64,000 nt of DNA from Patescibacteria group bacterium (GTDB lineage Bacteria; Patescibacteriota; Patescibacteriia; UBA9934), in contig JBAYHK010000002.1 in assembly GCA_041666145.1 (NCBI GenBank), positions 260-64,259 of the forward strand, read 5' to 3'. Positions 56,050-64,000 of this stretch are shown piece after piece. The notes beneath the pieces were generated by a model that was not told the DNA's origin, made no database searches, and saw nothing but the letters and a program-made list of their open reading frames with translations. Position 1 is the stretch's first letter. Each line of letters opens with the position of its first letter. Both the position numbers and the translations under genes were made by a program.

Positions 56050-57840
56050 CTAAACTGGAAGCTTCGATGCGTCAATCGCTTTAGCAACGAGATCGGCCTG
56101 CGGAATAATAAACGCTTCTTCTGAACCAAACACCTTTACCTGAATATCTCCCCCGTCTCGCTCCTTTGCCCCAACCACGATGGTCCAAGGAACTTTGTTC
56201 ATTGCTGCATCGCGAATTTTCTTCCCTACTTTCTCACTTGAATCATCAAGCGTTACGCGGATATCCGCTGCCTCGAGAAGAAGTTTTATCGATTGTGCCG
56301 CATCTCTGTATTCATCGGCAACTGTTGCGAGTCTGACCTGTTCTGGCGCAAGCCACATTGGGAATGCTCCCGCGTAGTGTTCGATCATGACACCAATAAA
56401 ACGCTCAATGGATCCAAGAATTGCGCGGTGAATCATGACTGGTCGTTGATGCGTGTTCTCTGCGTCGACGTATTCAAGTTCAAACCGTTCTGGAAGATTA
56501 AAGTCGAGCTGGATTGTTGCAAGCTGCCATTCACGACCAATCGCGTCTGTGGCAATAAAGTCTATCTTCGGACCATAGAATGCAGCTTCTCCGATACCTA
56601 AGAAATAATCACGATTCATTTCCGCGAGAAGTTCCTTCAAAGTGCCTACCGCTTTCTCCCAAACCTCAGCACCGCCTAAGTATGCCTCTGGCTTTTCTGG
56701 GTCGTTCACCGAAAGACGGGCCTTGAGTGGCATCTGAAATGCCTCATAGAATTTGGTGATGATATTCACGATCGCTCGTGCTTCGTCCTTTACCTGATCG
56801 AGTCTGCAGAAAACATGTGCGTCGTCTTGCGTAATAGATCGAACACGCGAAAGCCCCTGAAGCTGACCAGTATTCTCGTCACGATACACTGCAGTGACTT
56901 CGCTGAATCGAAGCGGAAGGTCGCGGTAACTTCGACTTCGTGATGCGTAAATCTGTGTGTGGTGCGGACAGTTCATTGGCTTCAACACAAAAGTGTCATC
57001 TGTTTTTTTACTTGTAACGTGAAAAATATCATCAGCAAATTTGTCCCAGTGTCCGCTTGTTTTGTAGAGATCGCTCTTCGCCATGTGAGGAATAGTCACT
57101 TTTGTATATCCGTATGGTTTCATTAGCGCCCACACAAACGCAACCAACTGCTCTCGAAGAACGGTTCCGCGAGGAGTAAAGAGAGGAAGCCCTGAGCCAA
57201 CGAGGGGTGAGAACGCGAAAAGATCGAGTTCGACGCCTAGTTTTCGATGGTCACGCTTCTTCGCCTCTTCAAGCATGGCTAAGTAGCTGTCCAAATCTTC
57301 TTGAGTCTCAAATGCTGTGCCATAAATTCTTGAGAGCATCTTATTTTTCTCGTCTCCATGCCAATAAGCACCTGCAGTTTTCAGCAGCTTGAATGCCCCG
57401 ATTTGTCCAGTTGACTCAAGATGCGGGCCTGAACAAATGTCTACAAAAGTCTGCGGCATGTCCTCACCTTTTTTGCCCATCCAATACACACTAATTTTTT
57501 CATTTCGTGCTTCAATAAGATCAAGCCACTCATGTTTGTATTCATTGTCTTTATACGTATTGCCACCAAAAAACTTGCGCGCTTCTTCAATCGTCATCTC
57601 ATCTTTCATGATCGACAGATTTTCTTTAATAATGTTGCCCATCTCCTTTTCGATCTTCGCAAAATCGTCCTCAGTTATTTTAAGATCCGTATCAAAATCA
57701 AAATAAAAACCCTCTTCCGTGGCTGGGCCCATAGCTGCCTTTATTTGACCAGGCCACAAACGCATCATGGCCATTGTAAGCACGTGCTCACAGGAATGTC
57801 GCATGCTTTCCAATTTCTCTTTATCCATATTTTTATTCAA
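56050..57840 (-). CDS. thrS: Threonyl-tRNA synthetase (lacks the N-terminal TGS domain)
   Basis: RHSCEHVLTMAMMRLWP (editing-domain start), class II motifs (FRDE-like SRSYRDLPLRFSEVTAVYRDE, GGAEVWEKA) and the anticodon-binding C-terminus. The start may be MDKEK, 4 codons in. Confidence 0.9.
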   Translation of the reverse strand: MNKNMDKEKLESMRHSCEHVLTMAMMRLWPGQIKAAMGPATEEGFYFDFDTDLKITEDDFAKIEKEMGNIIKENLSIMKDEMTIEEARKFFGGNTYKDNEYKHEWLDLIEARNEKISVYWMGKKGEDMPQTFVDICSGPHLESTGQIGAFKLLKTAGAYWHGDEKNKMLSRIYGTAFETQEDLDSYLAMLEEAKKRDHRKLGVELDLFAFSPLVGSGLPLFTPRGTVLREQLVAFVWALMKPYGYTKVTIPHMAKSDLYKTSGHWDKFADDIFHVTSKKTDDTFVLKPMNCPHHTQIYASRSRSYRDLPLRFSEVTAVYRDENTGQLQGLSRVRSITQDDAHVFCRLDQVKDEARAIVNIITKFYEAFQMPLKARLSVNDPEKPEAYLGGAEVWEKAVGTLKELLAEMNRDYFLGIGEAAFYGPKIDFIATDAIGREWQLATIQLDFNLPERFELEYVDAENTHQRPVMIHRAILGSIERFIGVMIEHYAGAFPMWLAPEQVRLATVADEYRDAAQSIKLLLEAADIRVTLDDSSEKVGKKIRDAAMNKVPWTIVVGAKERDGGDIQVKVFGSEEAFIIPQADLVAKAIDASKLPV

Positions 57841-57844
57841 GGTT

Positions 57845-58030
57845 TTCTAAACAAAAACCCGAAGATTAAATGAATTAACCTTCGGGTCTCATTATTTCTT
57901 ATAATGGGAGGTTCCACCCGAATTGCTAAGATATTTTCTCTTTCTTAGCCACTTTATCCACGAAATGGTCGTGTCCAGAAGCTCATGGGGCGGTACTCCC
58001 AATCACTGCTTCACCAAAAAAGAATAGACT
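57845..58030 (-). promoter_or_regulatory. Putative T-box riboswitch leader of thrS (antiterminator / terminator plus candidate Stem I)
   Basis: The minus strand reads AATTCGGGTGGAACCTCCC, matching the T-box AANNNGGGTGGNACC core. About 20 nt further is GAGACCCGAAGG ttaattcatttaat CTTCGGGT TTTTG, then ~25 nt to the thrS ATG. The CGGG of the T-box can pair with CCCG in the terminator 5' arm, which is antiterminator logic. Upstream hairpins contain AGTGA, AGAGA and an ACC (Thr) triplet. Confidence 0.5.
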
Positions 58031-58053
58031 ATTCCGTAACCAAACGCAACATG

Positions 58054-59211
58054 CTACTCCTCACTCACGATCTCGATCTCGATGTGATCTTTCAATGTTG
58101 GAATGCGCTCAAGCCAGAATGGAGTGAAGCTTACGGACGCATCTTTCACTGCGTCTGAAGCACGAAGCAAGGTCAACACTTCATTCGGCGCCCTGCCAAC
58201 AAATCGGTCTTTATTCACCACTTGCGAGTCTTCAGACAAAATTGCTCTTCCTTCAAGATACACACCAAGTGTTGCAGTTCCAGATTTCACATCTGCTTCT
58301 TTTACCGTCATCTGCACAGCATCCATAGAAACGCCTTCCGCGGCATATCCCTCCGGAATACGATCATAAAGCTGCGATAGCGCATATTTCTTTACTGCAT
58401 TCGCGTCGTAATACACGGCAGTCACGTCGATAGAAATCGAAACCGTAAAACTCCCCGTCTCTGTGCCAACGTCAGCGTCAACGCCTTGTGACTGAATCGT
58501 CATAGTGGAAGACTCGCCAGTAAAAACGGTTCGATCAATAGACTGAGACATCGTCGACTTTGCCTGCTCAAAGAGCGCATTCGAAACTGAAGAAACTGCA
58601 TCGTCAATGTCCTTTTGCGACAGCGTACGTTTGTAGGAAATTCCACCCTTCATGCTTTCAACACTTACTGCATAAATGGTCTGTTGCATGGACTCTGGGA
58701 GTCCAGGAATTGTGAATTGGGTTGGCCCAATTTCTCCAGACAATCCAGAAACATCTGCATGCGCAACAACATCAACTTGTCCCTTTGCCGGAACATTCAC
58801 CGCGGAATCAATGCGAAAAAGAACACCGTCTTTCGAAAGCAATCGCGTCGTCGCGACCAGCGCCTGCGACGCATTTGATTCGTTAATGATCGTCACAGAT
58901 CCCCCGGCTTTTTCCTCAGTCGGCGTTGCTCCATCTTCTGGCAAAACAATAACTTCTTGCTTTTCAAATGTCTGCCTTACTACAACGCCAGAAAGCTCAC
59001 CTTCTCGTGTGGGATTCGGCACCGCATTCACCTCAGCATCGACAGAAATCACACGAGGATTCGGAATGATCGTAATTGTTGCGCGAGAAATCGACAGATA
59101 TAGCACCGCAAGCAACAGGAAAAATGTCATGAAAACGAAGGCGACCGCAATGCGCTGATACACCTTGAGTGATCGAGAAAGTGGCTGAGTTCCGCGATTT
59201 TCTTTCACCAT
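58054..59211 (-). CDS. Hypothetical membrane-anchored extracytoplasmic protein (385 aa)
   Basis: N-terminal TM (IAVAFVFMTFFLLLAVLYLSI), then a Ser/Thr/Val-rich beta-type domain. No family recognised. Confidence 0.5.
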   Translation of the reverse strand: MVKENRGTQPLSRSLKVYQRIAVAFVFMTFFLLLAVLYLSISRATITIIPNPRVISVDAEVNAVPNPTREGELSGVVVRQTFEKQEVIVLPEDGATPTEEKAGGSVTIINESNASQALVATTRLLSKDGVLFRIDSAVNVPAKGQVDVVAHADVSGLSGEIGPTQFTIPGLPESMQQTIYAVSVESMKGGISYKRTLSQKDIDDAVSSVSNALFEQAKSTMSQSIDRTVFTGESSTMTIQSQGVDADVGTETGSFTVSISIDVTAVYYDANAVKKYALSQLYDRIPEGYAAEGVSMDAVQMTVKEADVKSGTATLGVYLEGRAILSEDSQVVNKDRFVGRAPNEVLTLLRASDAVKDASVSFTPFWLERIPTLKDHIEIEIVSEE

Positions 59212-59232
59212 ACGAAAAAAAGTATATCACGC

Positions 59233-62200
59233 CTATACCTTCACATTTTCTCGTCCAACCACCTCTCCGACCGCATCAACAACCGCTCGAGAAAGATCAA
59301 TCGAATATTCCGTTGTGACTTTTCTTGTCTGTTCTTTTGACTCAACAAGAAGAAAAACTGGAGCACGACCGGGATTCGCTCGAAAGATGTCACGGAGTTT
59401 ACTGATCATGTCGTGCGTTGGATTTTGCGGCACAACAATCGAAAGCCCTTGAGAGGCCCCAACAGGAGCGATCGATATGACTTCTGTTCTCTGTGAACCA
59501 TAAGATGCAGATTCGGCGCCATTGCTTCCGTCACTCCATGCGCCAGATCTCAGCATGTCAGTCATGGCTGGAATATCTGTTTCTACAAACCCAATCATTC
59601 CGTCAACAAGAACGGAATGTTCAACGTTTTCTGATTCTTCTCGTTTTCGCTCTGATACTTTTCCCGTAATAATTACCATGGCATCTGGATTCAACTTTGT
59701 TCGAATCTGTGCAAATAACTTTGGGAAAACAACACACTCCACGCTGCCAGACGGATCTTCAAGTCGAACAAACGCCATTGGCTCATTCTTCTTCTTTGTA
59801 AAAATCTGCTTCACTAAACTAATCACGCCAGCTACTTTCACCATGGCTCCGTCATCAAACCCAGGAATTGCACTCGCCTTACTGACATAGGGCGAAAAAT
59901 GGTCATAAAATAATTTTGCTGGATGTGAAGAAACATACAAACCAAGCAATTCTTTTTCCCATGTCATGAGCAAACTCGACGGAATCTGATCAACCTGACG
60001 CAACTCAACTTTCTGCTCAACAATTGCAGTTCCAAGACCAAATAACGACGTTTGGTTCCGCGCCTGTTCATATTGAACGTGCTTGTTGTAGAGCACGAGC
60101 GTTTCCAAATTCCCTACCAACTGTGACCTGTCACCGAATCGATCAAATCCTCCAGACTTCACCAATGCTTCAAGTGTCTTTTTCGTGAATGCATTCGAAT
60201 GCACACGTCCAAGAACGTCAGCAAGGTCTGCGAATGCGCCGCCCTTCTTTCGTTCACGAACAATCTCTTCTGCAATTTCGGCACCAACATTCTTAATGGC
60301 AGAAAGTCCCCAGCGCACATTATTCGTGTCTTTCACCACCGCAAAGCCTGCGAATGATTCATTCACATCTGGTGCTAAAACATTCAGCCCCATGCGTTGG
60401 CATTCTTCAACTTCGATGGTAATACGATCAATATTTCCTGAATCAGAATTCATGAGCGCAGCCATGAATTCCGCTGGATAATGCGCTTTTAAATACGCAG
60501 TTCTATACGCAATCATTGCGTAACATGCGGCATGCGACTTATTAAATCCATATGCAGCAAAGTCTTCTAACTTTTGAAATACCACAGTCGCCACGGCCTC
60601 TTTCACACCGTTTCTTACCGAGCCTTCAATGAACTTCACTTTCATCTTTGCCATGAGTTCTGCAATCTTTTTTCCCATGGCCTTTCTGAGCGTATCTGCT
60701 TCACCACCAGTAAATCCTGCCATGTCTTTTGCAACTTGCATGACTTGCTCTTGATACACAGGGATTCCATACGTTTCACGAAAAGCGTTTTCCATGAGCG
60801 GATGTTCATACACCACCTTCTCGCTTCCGTGCTTTCTGCGAATAAAGCTTTCAATAAACTGCATTGGTCCAGGACGATACAAAGAAACCATGGCGATAAT
60901 ATCTTCAAACGCCGTTGGCTTTAGCTCCTTAATGTATCGCTTCATTCCATCAGATTCCAACTGAAACACTCCCGTAGTTTCTCCACGACCAAGAAGGTCG
61001 AACGTTTTCACATCATCAAGAGGCGCGTTGTCTAAGTCGACTCTCACCTTGTGCACTGCTTCGATAATTTCCAAGGCGTCTTCAATCACGGTCAAGTTAG
61101 ACAGCCCAAGAAAGTCCATCTTTACAAGTCCAGCAGCTTCTGCAGAGTTCAACGAATACTGCGTAACAAGCGCCATGTCTTCATGCTGACCACGCTGAAG
61201 CGGAACACGAAGAACTAACGGACGGTCACCGATGACGATGCCGCAAGCATGTTGTGAAGCATGACGAGGATTTCCTTCAAGCTTCATAGCAAGGTCAACC
61301 ACCCGTCGCGCCATTGGGTTTCCGTTATACATTGCGGAAAGATCTGGCGACTCCACGATGGCAATCTTCAGCGGAGTATGTTTACCCTGCACCGGAGGAG
61401 GAACAACTTTTGCAATCAAATCAGCCTCTTGAAATGACAGTCCAAGCACACGAGCTGCGTCGCGAATCGCCGCACGCGGCATGAGCGTTCCAAATGTAAT
61501 GATTCCTGCTACGTGGTCTGCGCCATATTTTCGCGTAATGTACTCAAGAACTTTGCCACGACCACGATCTGCAAAGTCTGTATCAATATCTGGCAATGAA
61601 ACTCGATCCGGATTCAAAAAGCGCTCAAACAATAATCCGTATCGCAATGGCTCAATATCCGTAATCCGCAATGCAAACGCCACAATCGATCCTGCTGCAG
61701 ATCCACGTCCTGGCCCCACAAGCACACCATTATTCTTTGCCCAAACAATGTAATCTTGAACAATTAAAAAGTACGACGGAAATCCCATTTTTATAATCAC
61801 GCCGTATTCATATTCAAATCGCTCCATGACGTTTTCAGGAATCGGGTCTGCGTATCGTTCCTTCAATCCTTCAATGCACAAATCACGCAATACCTCTGCA
61901 TCAGTCTTCCCTTCTGGCAGAGGGAAAATTGGCAAAAAGTTATTGCCAAGTTCCATCACAAACGAAATTCTGTCTGCAATCTTGCGCGTGTTTTCAAGCG
62001 CCTCTGGAATGTCATCACATGCCGCGAAAATCTCCTTTGGGTCGCCAAAAGACAGGTCAATATCTTCTGTAGAAGTACGACGATATTCTTCGAGCGTTCT
62101 TCCACGCTGAATACAAAGCTGCGCTTCATACCCTTCACGATCATCAGAATCAAGATAAAAAACGTTTTTTGTTGCAACAAGACGAACATTCATTTTCTTA

Positions 62201-62790
62201 TGGAATGCACGAAACGCATTGTTCACGTCTACCTGTCGCGGCATGTCTGGATGATGAATGACTTCTAAAAAGAAATTCTCAACACCAAAAATATCTTGAT
62301 ACTCACGGATCAAGCTTTCTGCCTTTTCATGTTCGTCACCTAAAAATGCATGCGCAATTTCACCACTCACACTTCCAGAAAGTGCAATGAGTCCTTTTGA
62401 ATGCGCTCGAAGAAATGCTTTGTCAACACGCGGCTTATAGTAAAAACCTTCAAGGTGCGCAGCAGAAACAATTGCACAGAGATTTCGGTAACCCTCCTCA
62501 TTCTCTACAAGCAAAACAAGCCGATACGGACGGTCATCAATACGTGGTCGACGGTCTGCCATGCCATGTTGCGCAACATAAATATCTGCACCAATAATTC
62601 CCTTCATTTCTGCGTCCTTACACGCCTTGAAAAACTCAACCGCTCCGTAAAGCGCTCCGTTGTCTGTTAATGCAATCGCATTCATGCCGAGCGACTTTGC
62701 ACGAGCAACCAACGCTTTTGGTTTTGGCAAAGCCTCAAGTAACGAATAATGCGAATGATTGTGAAGATAAACAAAGTCGTTCAGTTCCAT
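59233..62790 (-). CDS. dnaE: DNA polymerase III alpha subunit
   Basis: PHP domain (YLHNHSHYSLLEA), polymerase core (GPGRGSAAGS, PDIDTDF), HhH and OB domains. Start refined to MELNDFVYLH. Confidence 0.95.
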   Translation of the reverse strand: MELNDFVYLHNHSHYSLLEALPKPKALVARAKSLGMNAIALTDNGALYGAVEFFKACKDAEMKGIIGADIYVAQHGMADRRPRIDDRPYRLVLLVENEEGYRNLCAIVSAAHLEGFYYKPRVDKAFLRAHSKGLIALSGSVSGEIAHAFLGDEHEKAESLIREYQDIFGVENFFLEVIHHPDMPRQVDVNNAFRAFHKKMNVRLVATKNVFYLDSDDREGYEAQLCIQRGRTLEEYRRTSTEDIDLSFGDPKEIFAACDDIPEALENTRKIADRISFVMELGNNFLPIFPLPEGKTDAEVLRDLCIEGLKERYADPIPENVMERFEYEYGVIIKMGFPSYFLIVQDYIVWAKNNGVLVGPGRGSAAGSIVAFALRITDIEPLRYGLLFERFLNPDRVSLPDIDTDFADRGRGKVLEYITRKYGADHVAGIITFGTLMPRAAIRDAARVLGLSFQEADLIAKVVPPPVQGKHTPLKIAIVESPDLSAMYNGNPMARRVVDLAMKLEGNPRHASQHACGIVIGDRPLVLRVPLQRGQHEDMALVTQYSLNSAEAAGLVKMDFLGLSNLTVIEDALEIIEAVHKVRVDLDNAPLDDVKTFDLLGRGETTGVFQLESDGMKRYIKELKPTAFEDIIAMVSLYRPGPMQFIESFIRRKHGSEKVVYEHPLMENAFRETYGIPVYQEQVMQVAKDMAGFTGGEADTLRKAMGKKIAELMAKMKVKFIEGSVRNGVKEAVATVVFQKLEDFAAYGFNKSHAACYAMIAYRTAYLKAHYPAEFMAALMNSDSGNIDRITIEVEECQRMGLNVLAPDVNESFAGFAVVKDTNNVRWGLSAIKNVGAEIAEEIVRERKKGGAFADLADVLGRVHSNAFTKKTLEALVKSGGFDRFGDRSQLVGNLETLVLYNKHVQYEQARNQTSLFGLGTAIVEQKVELRQVDQIPSSLLMTWEKELLGLYVSSHPAKLFYDHFSPYVSKASAIPGFDDGAMVKVAGVISLVKQIFTKKKNEPMAFVRLEDPSGSVECVVFPKLFAQIRTKLNPDAMVIITGKVSERKREESENVEHSVLVDGMIGFVETDIPAMTDMLRSGAWSDGSNGAESASYGSQRTEVISIAPVGASQGLSIVVPQNPTHDMISKLRDIFRANPGRAPVFLLVESKEQTRKVTTEYSIDLSRAVVDAVGEVVGRENVKV

Positions 62791-62836
62791 GGTGGGTACA
62801 GTAACAAACGTGAAGAAAAACACCAATTCTTAGCTG

Positions 62837-63145
62837 ATGTTCGCAAAATTCTTCATAAAAATGTTTATGATATTCTTTTGCTATATGGAATCCAAAGACA
62901 TTCTTTACATGGTGCTCGCATTTTGCGCATTGTGGTTTACTGCTTTTCTCTGTTTCGCGCTCTATCACGTCGCCACATTCATGAAACGCATGCAAGAACT
63001 TTCACATCATGCACGAGAAAAATTTGATGAACTCATGCAAAGCATCAACGTCATCCGCATGAAAATCGAAGGCCACGTTAGCGCAATTACCAACATTGGC
63101 GACGGAATCAGAAAAATCATGGAAGTATTAAGAAACCGCGAATAG
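62837..63145 (+). CDS. Possible small membrane protein (about 80-100 aa)
   Basis: Hydrophobic N-terminal segment (MVLAFCALWFTAFLCFALYHV) followed by a charged helix. Divergent from dnaE. Followed by a clean terminator. Confidence 0.35.
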   Translation: MFAKFFIKMFMIFFCYMESKDILYMVLAFCALWFTAFLCFALYHVATFMKRMQELSHHAREKFDELMQSINVIRMKIEGHVSAITNIGDGIRKIMEVLRNRE

Positions 63146-63154
63146 CGTAGAGAA

Positions 63155-63186
63155 AAATCTCAGCAGAAAATGCTGAGATTTTTTAA
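63155..63186 (+). terminator. Intrinsic terminator
   Basis: ATCTCAGCA gaaaa TGCTGAGAT TTTTTA. Confidence 0.6.
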
Positions 63187-63252
63187 AAGAAGAGCCGCCC
63201 ACCGAGTATGACCCACGGTGGGCCAGCTCGATGAGCGGCAAGTAGTCACGAA

Positions 63253-63987
63253 TCAGAAGGTGCGAACGAACCGGAGACGGGTCTGCAGTTCCGCCGTCTG
63301 ACCAGCGGCCTGGGTGATCCCGAAGATCTCTCTGATCTGGGTCTGGCGTTCGACGCACAGCTCGTCGAGGATCTCTTTGTACTTGCCTCCCTTGGCCTCC
63401 TTCTTGGCCTTGGGGCGGAGCAGCTCTCGGTCAAAGCAGGCATCGGCGCCATAGACGAGCACCAGAAGTGCGGCGTTGCCGAACTTCTCTGCGGCATAGG
63501 CTTGGTCGAAGGCTCGTGCCACAAGCGGTGTGAGATCTGCCTCCGCCCACCGTTCCGTTCCCAAGCCTCGGGATCCTCCTCTGTCCTTGAGATACGCACC
63601 GAAGCGATGGCCAAAGACCGTGACGATTTCGTGAGCCGCTATGATCCTGCCGTCAACCATCCGATCCACCAAAGCCTTGGCAAAGGCCTTGGCGCACGGC
63701 TTATGCTGGGCCAGATTGGATCCGCAGGCTCGCATCCAGCATTCGATCGAATCGTGGGAGATCCCATCTTCGAACATGTAATGATCGAGGATGTGCGGGA
63801 GCGTATTGAGCATAGCAGCCTTCACGCGCTGTTTCCTGACAGGATCGAGCCCTTGCACGGTCTTGGAGACCGCGATGGCACCAGTCCAGATGGGCTGCAT
63901 ATGCACGTTGCGCTCGATGAGAACCGTGAAGTCCTCGGCGAGTTCCTCCGCGTCCAAGCCAAGAGCCAGAAGGTGTTCAGCGATCAC
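63253..63987 (-). CDS. Hypothetical protein encoded in a high-G+C segment; the N-terminus probably continues beyond the window end
   Basis: Uninterrupted 244-codon reading frame to near the window edge. G+C and codon usage are clearly different from the rest of the window. No family recognised. Confidence 0.5.
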   Translation of the reverse strand: MIAEHLLALGLDAEELAEDFTVLIERNVHMQPIWTGAIAVSKTVQGLDPVRKQRVKAAMLNTLPHILDHYMFEDGISHDSIECWMRACGSNLAQHKPCAKAFAKALVDRMVDGRIIAAHEIVTVFGHRFGAYLKDRGGSRGLGTERWAEADLTPLVARAFDQAYAAEKFGNAALLVLVYGADACFDRELLRPKAKKEAKGGKYKEILDELCVERQTQIREIFGITQAAGQTAELQTRLRFVRTF

Positions 63988-64000
63988 GTCCGTCGCGCGG

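Noticed and set aside
59522-60924. Several plus-strand ORFs (for example 59522-59890, 60185-60481, 60574-60924) inside dnaE
   Set aside because: They are antisense to the well-supported dnaE frame and carry no motifs.

Overview
This 64 kb window looks like a compact bacterial chromosome segment of moderate to low G+C, judged by eye. Many small, overlapping genes, a 142-aa TsaB and other compact proteins are consistent with a reduced-genome, possibly CPR/Patescibacteria-like, organism; this is inference, not shown. Most content is core housekeeping. I see MreB, ribosomal proteins L7/L12, L10, S2, L31, L25, L11 and L1, and EF-Ts. Glycolysis is represented by eno, pgk and gap. Other core genes are metK, lexA, queA, prfA/prmC, ftsW/rodA, gyrB, secE-nusG, gatB, miaA, thrS and dnaE. 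I found no rRNA, tRNA or CRISPR array. Accessory or unusual content falls into ten groups. (1) An envelope polysaccharide module: a large membrane-anchored protein, a GT2, and a processive GT2 carrying the QRRW motif. (2) A family of 20-bp perfect palindromes (ATGTAAAGTCGACTTTACAT) with conserved tails, present at three loci. Two loci are ~112-bp composite elements whose asymmetric inner core is inverted relative to the flanks. The first locus sits beside an XRE regulator and a TadA-like deaminase. (3) A 26-nt GC hairpin (AAGCGGGGCATGGGAGCCCCGCCTAT) reused four times as an intergenic terminator. (4) Direct-repeat GTTC-N7-GTTC candidate LexA boxes between metK and lexA. (5) A ~90-nt conserved leader block duplicated upstream of rpmE and rplK. 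(6) A membrane-protein gene inserted between rplK and rplA, with rplJ-rplL relocated to a separate operon. (7) A dTMP-synthesis cluster containing a fused DHFR-thymidylate synthase, dUTPase, a dCMP-deaminase fusion, a HIT/GalT-like protein and a cytidylyltransferase-like protein. Next to it is a ~490-bp non-coding region with multiple hairpins and a strong intrinsic terminator. (8) A T-box-like leader upstream of thrS. (9) A GGDEF diguanylate cyclase, and a separate module with a large Gly/Ala-zipper helical protein plus a small acidic partner, both in slightly GC-shifted segments. (10) An abrupt jump to high G+C in the last ~800 bp. Gene starts were refined by eye and may be off by a few codons; coordinates of small motifs may be off by 1-2 nt.
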